In this document: piece after piece, positions 12,036-25,621 of the stretch
Layout of the letters: each line of letters begins with the position of its first letter
How positions within the stretch are numbered: the stretch's first letter is position 1
Assembly (NCBI GenBank): GCA_904063045.1
Contig: CAJFCJ010000001.1
Location: 2,976,001-3,040,000 of the forward strand
DNA: 64,000 bases
Reading direction: 5' to 3'
Source of the DNA: Dimorphilus gyrociliatus
Taxonomy: Eukaryota; Animalia; Annelida
The notes under the pieces: generated by a model
The model's database searches: none
Told to the model about the DNA's origin: nothing
What the model saw: only the letters and a program-made list of their open reading frames with translations
Position numbers and translations under genes: made by a program

Positions 12036-15000
12036 GATAATCATTTATTAAATATATATATATATATATTCATATATGTATGTTATATTATACGCTATAT
12101 GTAATATTGAATTCAGTATAAAGCAACAAAAAATTATTGCACAATAGGCGTTTATTTTGTTTTCCTATTGAGAAAAATGAAAAAAAAACTACGCAAGATT
12201 TAGATTCAAGTAAGCTTCTTTTATATAAGTAAAATGAATTAGGATATGCATTGCCAGAAGGGTTTAATCAATTCTTATTGATCAGAAGAACCTATTAACG
12301 TCTGTTAGGTATAGAAAATAACTTGTTGGTAATAATTGTATATATATGCCTGTATTTCAAGTCTTTTCTCTTTCGTTTACTTAGGCCAAAAACCAGGAGT
12401 TTTTATTTTCTTAGCATATTGAAATATATATAAACATGAACAAAATTCAATTTGCATCTTGTACAAATTCAATCAACGACACATTCAGAACGAAACAATA
12501 ATTCTTCTATCAACGTAAAGAATATTAAAAACATTTCGATTATATTATCATTTCTACTGAAGTATATATTATATCATTCATGTCATTTTTATTCATTTAT
12601 TTGAAAATTCGACATTTTATTGACTAATAAAGCATTTTTAACTATGTCACATCCGTTAGGAAACTGCTCATTTCCTTTTTCACAACAACATATACTATAT
12701 ATATGTTGTATAAATTATACATGTATATATCCTTATTTTTCACATGACCTTAATTTTTCTACATATATAAACGTCAATTTTCTAAGGATTCGTATTAATT
12801 TCCGTTAGATATTTTCAAAATCTCTATTGCTATTATTTTTCTAGAGCGCCATCTATAGTATTCAAGTAATACTACAGAGAATAACACTTATCATTGTTTG
12901 TTTTGCAATATTCGTATTTATTTCAGTACATAAGATTTCCAAAATATTTATACTTATTCGATTAAATCTATATATATTTAATCATTATTAATATTTAACA
13001 AAAAGAGCAATAGATCGACCCAATTCAGAGACAAATCATCGTTTACAACAACGTCAATAAAACAGTCTATTGTGAATAAATGGAATATTTATAGTAGGCT
13101 TAAAAATCGTTAATTCCTAGACAAATGGATAACAAGGTAAAATCGAAAAAAGGAAGGAAAGTAAGAGAGAGAAAGATGAATAATCATATAAATGTTATTA
13201 ATAAGTAGTAGACAAATATTATTATTGTATGTTTATTTATATATACATATAGACTATACTATAAGCCATATATATATGCTGTATACATAAAATACTATTT
13301 AATATACTTGAAGATTATTATATCGAAGGAGGTATTGCGTAATATTTCGAGAAATATGAAATATGCTTGAGCCTTCTATATACTATATATATATAGATAT
13401 ATATAAGAACGTGTGTGAATTTTCTTCTTTGTTGCTTCCCAGCCTAGTCACGAGACCTTATAGGTAGTTTATTTTTACCAATTAGTCACATATTGTTCTC
13501 TCTTCTTAAAGACGTCCATTTCTTAATATATAAAACAATAAATAATTATTCATATATGGAATAATGAAGTTATAAATAACGATAAATATATTTTGAAGCC
13601 TTTTAATTATTGCTTTAATTAATATTTAATTAATTAGTTAATTAATTATCTAATATATCTATCGTTTCATAATTTTCTAATAAATTTTTCCAACCAGTAT
13701 ATATATTGCGTAATCTATTTTTTATTTTTACATAACGACTCTTAATATAAGATATAATGAATTTAATTGAAATGTTAGGTTAATAAATTCAAAATTTAAA
13801 TTATTATTAGAAATTTAGAAAAAATATTCAATTATTTTTTTGGAATTTGTACCTTTTATACCTAAATAGAAAGTTTTTATATAAATAGAGAAAAGATAAA
13901 GAAATTTATCATAAATTTTTTACTAAAAAGCACTGAAATAGTAAAAACACAATTTTCTCTTTATTTTTACTTGATAAATATTTATTAAAAATTTGTTTTA
14001 TGCCGTTAAAATATAAAAATTTCTTCAAAGTAATTCGAAACCAGCTACATATGATAAGTTACGAGCTATGCAATCAACCTTGACATTAAAACAGACTTTT
14101 AGGTATGACTAAATCTTGTTATGAGACACAACTGGCAGTTAACGCTGTTTGCTTGCAGGAGTAGGAATAAAAATGAATTGCGCTCTCTTCGCCTCCGATC
14201 TTGTCTTTTTTATCGGTAAATATATACATTAAAAGTATAAATATCATATATTAACATATATATATAACTATTATTTCATTAATTAATGATATTTTGATCG
14301 TTAAATATTTCTAACGAAAGAAGCAGAATATGTGTTGTAATCTGAAAAAGGTAAACAAATGAGTGATAATAGGTTTATTTTGATAAAAATTGATTAGAAT
14401 CATATATCTTAACAATTTTAACATTTCGCAGCGTTTTATAACAGGAAGGCAATTCTAAACCAGTTACCTATCACTTTTTAAGATGAACTATATACGAAGA
14501 GAAATATATACTAGGTGTAGCAAAGGCTGTTGCTATACAATCGTAATACACAGCTGACTGTTAGGTGGTTTATATAAAACTGTAAAATTTCTGACCGTCA
14601 CGTAGATGGTACATAATAATAGTAATATTTATTGAATAGTGACTGATTTTTATTGATATTTTTCTATTTTTTTTGTTCTCTTTTTTTTTATTTAATAATA
14701 TTCAATAGGAATTTTTTGGTGAGTCATTAGTACCTCGCAAAAAAAAAAAACATCGCTTTTAATACGTTATTAGCCTTTATTTGCGTATTGCATAAATACA
14801 TTCGTTTCGTATTATAAATATTTGAATATTTAATTTTTAGTTAATATTTTATTATGATATAAAGATTTTATTCTTAGTAGGTCACTTAATGTGTTGCAGT
14901 GATAAAAATAGGGACGATGTTATTTTGTAAACAAAAAAGTATAAATCTATTTTTTTAGTATCATTTGATACTGTATTGTTTTTTTAGCAGACTATATTTT

Positions 15001-15168
15001 TTATATTAAGTGTTTTAATTCGAGGTCAGTGTTCTTTAGAGTCTATATAGGAACCTAAGATTAAAGTACAAAACAAAAATTTCTGTAGGTCATGTGTGTT
15101 ATTGACGATCATTGTTTAGTATGACCAGTCACCAGTTTTTCCTGAGCTGAAAACGAGGCTCAGAAAAC

Positions 15169-15182
15169 TCGTGACGTCACGA
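15169..15182. promoter_or_regulatory. Perfect 14-bp palindromic CRE/ATF site in the WDR26 promoter
   Basis: TCGTGACGTCACGA (TGACGTCA core), about 190 bp upstream of the WDR26 ATG. Confidence 0.65.
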
Positions 15183-15369
15183 AGCAAAATAAAGGAGACT
15201 GTCTACATTATTGTTGATTTTCATCAGAATTTACCGAAGATAAAGAAGTTGGCCATGAACAAGCTTTAACCAATCGCTTAATTTAAGTAAACTGGCCTCG
15301 ACGTCGGACAGCGAAGACAGCGGTAAAGCTAGTCCGCCGCGTAAAAAAAAGAGACTGGCCACTACAATA

Positions 15370-18300
15370 ATGCAAGCGAACGGCTGTGAGAATAATCATG
15401 ACGGTGATGATACCCACGTATCGAACGGTTCATGCAATGGAACTTCTTCGGTACCAACTGCAAACAGTTCGAGAAAGAAAATGTCGAAAAAGGACATGGA
15501 TATTGTCCGCCTTATTGGCCAGCATTTGCGCAACCTCGGACTCAAGTAAGTATTTGCCAAATGTTTTGCATAAACAATAATATAATATTTTAAAGTAAGA
15601 TAGCCGAATTTGAACAGTCGTTTCCGGTATTTAAACTTTTTCATAAACGCCGCCTAGTGGCATATTTTTGCATGGGATATTTTTTGGGGAGTGAGTAAGA
15701 TGTCAACGTTCCATTCGCCCATGGAGCATTGATATCAATTTGTCAGTTCTTAATCCAAATCTTTAATATTTCGTTGACAAATTCTTATTTTAGAAGGTGG
15801 TAACTTTATAGTTTCGGTAGAAGTAATATTCTTTTATCGTCATAAAAACCATAATATAAACAAAAATGTAAGAGAATTTATTTGAAGAATTAAACAACGC
15901 ATCTTGGTATTTTATAACGTTATTAAATTAATTTTTCAAAATATTATCTCTCCTACGAAGCTGTATAAAAAATTTTTGCACAACAGAATTAAGTAAACTA
16001 TATAGATTCGTTAAGCATGTCAACATTCTATACTAGTCAAGAGATGATACTTTTTCCCAAGATACCATCTCATCTAATAGATAACTGAACGTATTAATTT
16101 TTTCTTTTCCTCTTATATCTTTAAAACAAAACGATAAAAGCAAGGGAAAAACTACATATTGTGTCGAACTAACCTACTGCCTTGATTAAAAATTTCTATA
16201 GAATATCCTATTTATCGAATCCTTTTAATATAAATCGATTAAATACAGCATTTAGTTTTTATTATTACTCTCCCTCTAGTAATTTTTTTAGCATTACAGT
16301 TTTAAATTATTTGAAAAATTACTAAATATCCGTTACATTTGGACTATTTTACATTCAATAACAATATTATCATATTTTTTTTTTTAAGTTTTATTCTATA
16401 AATAAAATTTAAGAAAATAGGAAAACTCCCTCTTTATATTTAACTTTTTAATATGATTACAATAAAGAAACTGTTTGGTAGCTCTTTCCTTCTCCCCCCG
16501 CTCCCCCCTTCTCTCTTTTTCAATAAATAAAACCTTCGTTTCGTTTGCCGTCAAGTTCACTGAACTTGGGTGAACTCTTCAACGAGTGTCAACGGTCTTA
16601 GCGTTTTCAGTCTATAGTAGTAGTTTTTATAGAATTTTTTTCTGCAATTAGATTTTTTTATATTTAGGGGAAAGAAAACATAAAACTTAGGGAAGTTGTT
16701 TTTTGTTAAATTTTAGTATTTCTACTAATAATTACATAGGAACATTTTTATTTAATATTCATATGCACGATCTTATTTAGTTTAAAGCGAAATGGACTTA
16801 TCCTTTAATACTGGATGGTAGGATTACGTTCTATCTTGGTATGACCTTTTTTAAAATGCTCATTTTCCCTTTTTTCCTCTGTTGTAACATACCCGCTGGG
16901 CTGTAAATTTCTCCTGCTAGTCATTAATGACAATGACTCCGTTTTCATAATCGAGACTGCTTTCGTCCTCTGCATAATTAAATAACTCTCATTGTATGTT
17001 CGTTCTTTACGCTAACATAAAGAAAATTATATGATGCATCTTGGACGAAATTAAAACTAATCCTTAATTGAAAAATGTAATTTGCAAATCATCAAGCTTC
17101 TAAGAAGTTCTAATTCTAAACAAGCCTTAAAAATATTCTTTGAAGCTGTTGCAAAAAATTGTTAAATGCAATGAAATGCGTGAACTTTTAGAGCTATTTA
17201 AGAATGTCTTTAAATTGAACTGTCGACGAGAAAAAATCGGATTTGATAAGATGTTATCGAAGCATTTATCTGTTCTATTACCAGATAGCCATTGGTGCAG
17301 AGCAGGTTGCGAAATAGTGAGACTTAGGCGTTGGAAATGCGCATGCTCCGCAGCGGTCTAAATAATCATAATGTTACCAGGGTGGGTTAGACATTTTGAA
17401 AATTGATGTGAAAACAGCATTAGATTTGACCCAAAAACACCAGAGGAAATAGCTGAATCTTTGTACCATTATATAAGCAGTTGTAATTTATGTAATTGCG
17501 ATAAAATATTGATCTTTTACAGATTAGGCTTTTGCATTAGTACTAAAAATTCTTTTGTTGAATATTTCTTATTTATTTTGCTGAGAAAAAATTGCAAAAA
17601 TTCTTGTTTTTCTTTAATTTTCTCAAAGAAAATCGATAAGTAAATATTGTAAAGAACATTGATAACTTTAATTTTGAAAATAGCTGCAAAAGCTTAAATT
17701 TAATTCATTGTTTACATTATTTCGTTAGAACTATTAAAACATATCCAATTGTGGATTGAGAAGCGAAAAATATTAAAAATATACATTTATTTACATTCGT
17801 AGAATTACATAATAAAACATTTTTGCACTAAGCTTCATTCAGCAAAACGATAATGTAATTTAGGCCAAACACGTGTATGTTTTGCAACAAGTCTAAATAA
17901 AAAAAATAGATATTTTTCTTTGCAAAAGATTATTTAAAAAGAGAAATGTTTTTCTTAGATTAATTAACTCTTAATTAATTTTAACTATTCACTTTCAAAA
18001 CCAAGCGAATCTGTTGATATATAGTATCTTTCAAACTAATTAAACTTTTTCCCTTCAGAATATTGAAGATTTTTTTGTTATTTTTTTGTTTTCTAATTCT
18101 TTATTTTTTGCAAAATATTTAAAAAAAAGACATTCCCTTTGAGGTTACCTTATCGTAACTATATTACAATAACGTTTCTATGGATCAGTATTTCTGCCAC
18201 GGAAATTTGAAAGAATGGCTAAGCTTATTTTTCCTTTTTCAATTGAAAAGATGGATAAAATTTTCCCTATTCTTCCTTCTTCGACTTTTTGTTTTGTAAT

Positions 18301-21300
18301 AAAAGTTTACTACTTACTTAATCATAACATTTCAATATAAGATTATTAAATATTCTCTCTTTCTCTCACTTTTATTTACCGATGATAAAACTATATATAT
18401 ATATATACATATATAAATATTTTTTTTAAATTTTCTTAATATTATTCCGATTGATATGAAAACCACTTATAATCATACCTTTAATGAATATTATAATTCG
18501 GATATTTTACTTGCTTAATTTTAACAAATTTATTATATATACAGTATGTAATATATGTTTATTTACTATACTGTATTTCCATATTTTTTTAAAGCGGTTT
18601 TATTAACCCTTGTCTCAATCTAATTGTTTCTTTTGTTCTTACAGTAGAACTGCAGAGCAGCTGATTGTAGAATCCGGATGTAGTCTGGAACATCCGTCAG
18701 CCGCTAAATTCCGATCTCATGTGATGGAAGGGCGTTGGGATTTAGTAAGTACTTAAAATGAATGTTCATATATTATAATGGAATGGGTATCGATTAGCCA
18801 TTCGTATGCAGAATTTGAGGCCTTTGTTTCGCACGCATGGCTGTTTTGCAAGAAAAGTAGGGCGTATCGTCATAAATTATGAGACTACTCATTAATATTT
18901 ATATATTTATCATATGTTTAGTTGGCAACACTAGAAACATTTTGTGACTCAGCTGTTGCGCAATATTTTGTTTGTTTTTGAGTTTTCTATATAGTTTTTA
19001 TTATTAGTTAAGCCAATCTTTTATTAGAAAGCTTACTTGAACGCAAAAGGTTCTTCTACAATTCACTGGAGGCAAGCTATTATTCACTTTTTTTGGAAAT
19101 AAATACCCAAAGATAAATAGACGTGTATACATAAATTTATAGATTTTTTTAAAGGCCGCTTAGGGTTTACTGGGTCAGAATGATCTAACTAAATTTTCAA
19201 TGTTAGCGACCGTTTAAAAGTAAAGGAAAATTCTGACACAATCTGTCTCTTCTTGGGCTATCAAATTAAGGCTCTTTATTGACTTTTGGCCTTTAGAAGA
19301 CTGCCATATATTGGAAAATTTGAATAGCTTAATTTGTTCCCTTGTATATGAGCAATGTCGCAAATATGTTAGTCATATTTTTAAATACCTGTTTTACTAT
19401 TTAAAATATTTTTCTATAAAATGGTTTGTTAAATTTTTATCCTTCCTTAAAACTAAACAGAATGTTTTTAAGCATTATTTGACAATCGATTCTGATTAAG
19501 AAAAACGTGATTATGTCTGAAAGTTTACTTTCTACATCATCATTCTAGGCAAAATTCCTTAGGAGGGTGTTCCTGAGTGAATCACATGTGTCATACGTTG
19601 TTGTTTTTTTTACTCATATTTAACAATCAATTATTATGCAGTGAATATATATATTATCGTATTCTCTTGCTTCCCTAACAGTATAGTGCCCTGGTAATCC
19701 AGGGTACAGCAAGAATGTACCCGCTATTAACTGCTTTTTTCTGTTATGGTAGAAACTTAAATTAGAAATGTAGCCCCCTTTTACTTTAATCGTATAAAAC
19801 TATTTCAATATTCTTTCGTATTGAAAATATATCATCTGGTTTTTATAAACATTGCGCAATTTATTTTACTACACAGCTTTTACGACCAATGATTTATTTG
19901 TAGCCTATTGCTCTTGTGTACGCATATAGCAGCCTTGATCCCTTCTACTTTTTATATACTCTACTAGTTGACTATGTTTTTACATTAATCAAAATTATTC
20001 AGCTGTATTCTGTAATTATGTAATATGGTTTTTAAGTCGAATAAGAAAGCTTCCACTTATATTTTCTTTGTCTTTATCCGAAATTATTAATAGCAAATAT
20101 ATTTAAAAGAAGATAGCAGAAGATAATTCTATATTTATGTACACGTATCTTTTTTATCCTATTGCATTAGCGATAATAAAATAAATATCTTGTATTGACT
20201 CTTTTCAAATATCAACTTAGAAAGTGTACATTTTTAATTCGCTATAAATTGCAGTCATTCTGTTTTTATTATTTCAAAATACTGTATTTTTTTTAATTAA
20301 AGCTTGAACGATCGAATTTCTATAAGTTTTATATTGTGTTATGTAGATTTTATTATTGAATATTTATATATGGTGATAAATATGATTCGGGTAATGTTGT
20401 GCGTAGAAAAGAAGAAAATATGTATAAAATTCTATTAAAGTTATAGGCAGATGATTAGAGAGAACCCTTTATTGATTTCCAGCATTAAATTGACTGTTAC
20501 GATTGTGGTTACAGAAGAAACCCACAAATCTAAGAAATACGTTTCATAAAACAACTACATTTTTTTTCTATTATACTCTCCGACAGGTAACAAATTTTAG
20601 GAAGCTCTACTTTATATAATAGTTTAATTGACTTTATTTTATATGGAAGATATATATATATATATATATATCTTGGGTAAAGTAAAAGAAAACCTGGATT
20701 AATGTAGCTTTCGAATTTCCAAAAAGAACACACCTTTACGCCTTTATTGTAGTAACTATAATAAAATGTTAAATTATGTTTTAAATTAAGTATCTTTTTT
20801 TAATTGAATTATTCTAACAAGCCTTATTAAAGTAGAAAGTAATTATTTTTGCTCATAAATATATGTAGATTATTATACTCTTTACATTTGATCAATATAA
20901 TACCTTGCAGACACAGCTGCTGATATATTCGAGTGATTTTGTCCACCTGTGCGAATTTGGTGTTAAACATTTAAACTTGCCTTAATTTGATCTTAATCTA
21001 TCATTAGCTAGGCAATCAGTATATTAAAATATATGTAATATATATATATATATAATAAGTTTTTGCCAACATAATGATTATGTAGGATTATTATGTAAGA
21101 GAATAGTAATTGTAAATAATACGCACATAAGTTGTTTGTATGGTAACTGCAAAATTTAAGATTGATTTAATATGCTTAGTTGTTTTTTTTCATTATTGTG
21201 CTCGTGGTGTTATAGAAATTTCAACTCTCTAAAAAGAATAATTTTTATTTATACTTTAACTCACAGGCCGAAACGTCCTTATCCGATTTCAAAGATCTAG

Positions 21301-24264
21301 TTCTGCATGAAGACGGCTTACTACGCATGCGTTTTTTAGTCCTAGAGCAAAAGTATTTGGAACTTTTGGAGGATAGCCGTCTATTGGAAGCCTTAAACGT
21401 CCTACGCCAGCAATTGACACCTCTCCACTATTGCACAGAACGTGTACATACATTAACTACATATATGATGTGCTCAACGGCCGAAGAACTCAGGGAAACC
21501 GCCAAATGGGAGGGTAAAGGTTCGATTTCCAGGCAGAGAGTGATGGAAAGGCTCCATGAATTTTTACCAGCCAACGTGATACTTCCTCCAAGAAGATTAG
21601 ACACGTTAATATCACAGGTGGGAATTATGTTAAGTTACGCTACTAGAACATTAAGTTGAAGCATAAACAACTGTAAATAATGTAGGCTTTGCAATAAAAA
21701 GTCAATGTTTGAATGGACTTTCTTTTCATTCTTTTTTGTATTATCTCATTTTTACAATCTGCTCTGTTTTGAAAAACTACAGGCTGTCGAACTGCAGCAG
21801 CAAAGGTGTCCTTATCATAACAGCAAAACAACGGATACAGACGATTGCCTTTTAGTCGATCATCAGTGTTCTCAGGAGCATATGCCAAATGTCACGATTC
21901 AACTGCTAACAGATCATACTGACGAAGTATGGTTTTGCAGATTTTCCCCAGATGGCAATAAACTGGCAACTGGGTGTAAATCCGGTCAACTTATTCTGTG
22001 GAACGTTGATAAAAAACGGTATACTGTTCAAAAGTGGAAGGTATTGGATGGTCATTCATATGGTGTTTCAACGGTGAGAAATCGTAATCAGTTGTTATTT
22101 AATCGTTTAAAACTTGAAATTGAAGGCATTCATCATAGTAATTCTTATAGCTTGATAATTTTTTAATAACGATTATAAATTCATTAAATGAATCATTAGA
22201 CAAAACTTGAAAAATTTCTTTACGTTAACAGATTGCATGGTCAACGGACAGTAAATATATTATAGTATGTGGTCCTGATGATTGCGCTGATTTATGGATT
22301 TGGAATGCCGAAACGGGAATTTTAAAGACCAAAATGAATAACTCACCAGAAGATAGCTTAACAACAGCATCATTTTATAACGATACCTATCAATTTATCG
22401 TCGCAGGCACCAGAGGACAATTCTTTCATTGTGTTAGTATATATATTTTGTTATACTCTTCGAGATAATTACTCCCTCGTCAGCTATTGAATACGATAGA
22501 TTATTCTATAAAAGTAAAAAGCTAGATTGTACTTCCATTTTTATCCATTCTACTATTTTATCTAATAGAATGAGCGTTTAATGAAGTAGAATTCTAAATA
22601 GAACCAATTTCGTTATGGATAATCTTAAAGGATATTGAAAGCACATTCCCTGTAAATTAAAAGTTGCATAATTTATTTCCTAAAATTTCATTCCATTTTA
22701 TCTAAATAACTATACTTCGAAAAAAATAGAATGAAAACTCTTAGATAAAACAAGAGTAAATTGGTAAATTCATGTGAATCTCACAAGAATCAAAAATTTA
22801 ATGTGACGTTAGTGAAATGTCTTTTTAATCAAGACGATTTAATAGGGATGAGAGTAACTTGGTTTTATCATATACGTTGTATATATATACGTATATACAG
22901 TATGTATACTTATAAAATACGTATAAAACTTTAAGGTTTATCGTTTACTTCAAGAGTTCATTAGATATATGACATAAGCCTTTCCTAAGTTTTTCATTAA
23001 TAAAAATAACGATCTAGTCTTTTCAAATAATGCCAATAGAATATTTTGACTACATATAGCGATGAAATAATTATCCGCATTGAATTATTGATTTGCCAAT
23101 GCGAACTACAATGGGTTGGCGGCAGCACCTTAAAAGAAAAAGGGAATATAAAGAGGAGTGGTTTCGAAAGATCTTAGATCGTTAATAGAATTTTGCTTAT
23201 ATATCAAGTACTAATGGTACATTATAAATTATAATAATCTATCGAATTCATGGTATTGTTAATTAAGATAAAAATATCTTTATCCATTTTTAAAAACTTT
23301 AACGATGGAAAATGTACAATACCTAAATTAAGAGATTAGAGTTTTTAACTCGAAGAAGAATCTCGTTCAGCATACAGGTGTGAGATACTAATTAGATCTT
23401 AACTCTCTCGTATGGTGTTGCTCACAGGATTTGGAAGGTCACGTGCTGGATCAATGGGAAGGAGTTCGCGTTCAGTGCGTTCAGTGTTCCAATGATCACG
23501 TAACAGTATACGCAGCTGATACGCATCATCGAATAAGGGCGTATAACTTTGAAGAAGTCAGTGATCAGGATGTATTGATGGAAGATCATGCTATTATGTC
23601 TTTCTGTTTAAACGATTCATGCGAATTGGCTTTGCTCAATGTGGCCCAACAGGGCGTTCACTTATGGAGCGTGAAAGATAAGATACTCGTACGCAAGTTT
23701 CAAGGATTGACCCAGGGATATTATACAATATATTCCTGCTTCGGTGGCTTGAACAACAACTTTATAGCTTCCGGAAGTGAAGGTAAAAAGCTCTATAAGA
23801 TATTTTCTGATTTATTTCATTTGCTTAGTAAATCTTCTACACAAAGAAATCATCCAGAAGGAAAAGGATTGACAATTTTTAGTCATATAAGATTATCTTA
23901 CCCGCTCCCTTTTACTATTCTTTATTCTTAACATTTATCAACTTTGTTCTCTTTAAGTTGTAGCCTTCTACTATAATACATTTGATGTAGTAGGGTACCT
24001 TTACTTTAATATGTAGTTGCCATTTCTTTTGCTTGGAATTAAATTAATACTTGTGTCGTTATTTTAGATAATAAAATTTATCTGTGGCATATTCGGAAGG
24101 AAGAGCCAATAGCCACCCTTTCGGGACATAATAGAACTGTAAACTGTGTACATTGGAATCCATGCGTTCCAGAAATGTTAGCCTCAGTCTCAGATGATAG
24201 TACCGTTAGGATATGGGCGCCGGCTGCTGTGCAAGCTAAAAATGGAACTTCAACACCTATTTAG
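15370..24264 (+). CDS. WDR26: WD repeat protein 26 (GID7; CTLH E3 ligase subunit), 7 exons, 556 aa from the ATG
   Basis: Exons 15370-15545, 18645-18744, 21267-21617, 21783-22073, 22232-22432, 23428-23782 and 24068-24264 sum to 1671 nt, in frame. Motifs: MQANG start, Lis[50 protein letters not shown], and WD40 repeats ([27 protein letters not shown]). Confidence 0.95.
15648..15660 (+). promoter_or_regulatory. CTCF-like motif at the start of WDR26 intron 1
   Basis: CGCCGCCTAGTGG closely matches the CTCF core YGCCMYCTAGTGG. Confidence 0.4.
16553..16576. promoter_or_regulatory. Composite nuclear-receptor element (IR1 + DR4 of AGTTCA)
   Basis: AAGTTCA-C-TGAACTT-GGG-TGAACT contains three perfect AGTTCA half-sites. 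Confidence 0.45.
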
Positions 24265-25299
24265 AAATATAGAAGGGATAAGAAGACAACGCTTCTATGC
24301 ATCCATGCGCAAAAGGTGCTCTCTTCAATGAGACAGACGAATAAAAAACAAACTGGTCATATTGTATAGCTTATATTATATAGGTTTTTGTGCTGAGTAT
24401 ATTTGTTAAAGGTGTACTAGACTGGTTACGGAATGGTTAAAGTATAACTTGATTTGGAAGATTTGTCCCATATTAATTCTAAAAAAAGCCTGTAAAGGAA
24501 AACTAATGGAGAGAATGAGAAAGAAATTGATTATTTCGTAGAATATGATCTTTTACTGATGCATGTCTAATCATTTTAAAATCGTATATATGTATAAAAT
24601 CATATATCGTATATTATAAGTAGCCAGTTATCGGTTAAACATTTACAAATGTTCCGATAAAAATGAAGAAAAGTCTCTTTTCAAGACAAATAGCATACAA
24701 AATTACCAATTTTTCTTAAAATAATTGGATGACAACTATTTTTTAGATGAAAATTATCACTAGCTGAGAATTCAATGAATTCGAAATGTTAAAAAGAAAT
24801 TATCGATTTCTAATGATAATTAGAGTAATAATAGGTTAATCTTAAGAAAACCAATTGAAATATATTCTTTTAAAGTAAGCGAACGAAAATCTATCAAAAT
24901 TCTTTTGTTTTTTCTATTTTTAATTTTTACAATATAAGCGAAATTAAAATGTCAATAGAAAATATTCTTCAATTTTATCATCTGATTTGTCTTAATTAAT
25001 ACACTAAAAGGTGAATGAAGTAAATAAGTAAATTTAATTAATACGTAGTCTTTTATACATATATGCATATAAAGACTATTAAAATCATCATTAACATATA
25101 ATTCGTATTTTCAAGAAAAATACAAGGAAGCTGCTTAAAAAGCAATCTGTAATTGACGAAAGGAGTTTGTAAAATAAGTTTTTTTTGTAATGTATATATA
25201 TAAATAAAAGAAAACAGTTTTATCTTAATCAGTCTAGTACAGTTTAAAGAAGAATGTATTACGAATATTTTTTCTTTTTTTGATACCTTTACAGTTTAA

Positions 25300-25621
25300 T
25301 ATATATACTAATATATATATATATTGTTATATATATATATATATATATACAATGTATATGTAACTTTTTTGGGATGGAAACATCTGTAATTTTTTTTTTT
25401 GCCTTAAAATTTGCTAGTGATTTATATTTTTTCCTTATGTTTCCCTTTTTTTCTGTTTCTGCTTTAGGGAAAAAAAAAGTGCTAGGTAAAAACAAGACAA
25501 AAAAATGTGTGCAGTTTCGTCGTGTAATTTGCACAGAAATATATATATATATAATTCTTCAGTTATAATATCCATATATATATATATATATATATACAGT
25601 ATATATATATATATATATATA
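25300..25621. repeat. (TA)n microsatellite cluster
   Basis: Several long TA tracts at about 25310-25350, 25540-25552 and 25575-25621. Others lie at about 26560-26583, 36120-36145 and 49712-49740. Confidence 0.9.

Noticed and set aside
24265-24369. 34 open codons after the WDR26 TAG (possible readthrough)
   Set aside because: TAG-A is a poor readthrough context, there is no recognisable motif, and the length is attainable by chance.
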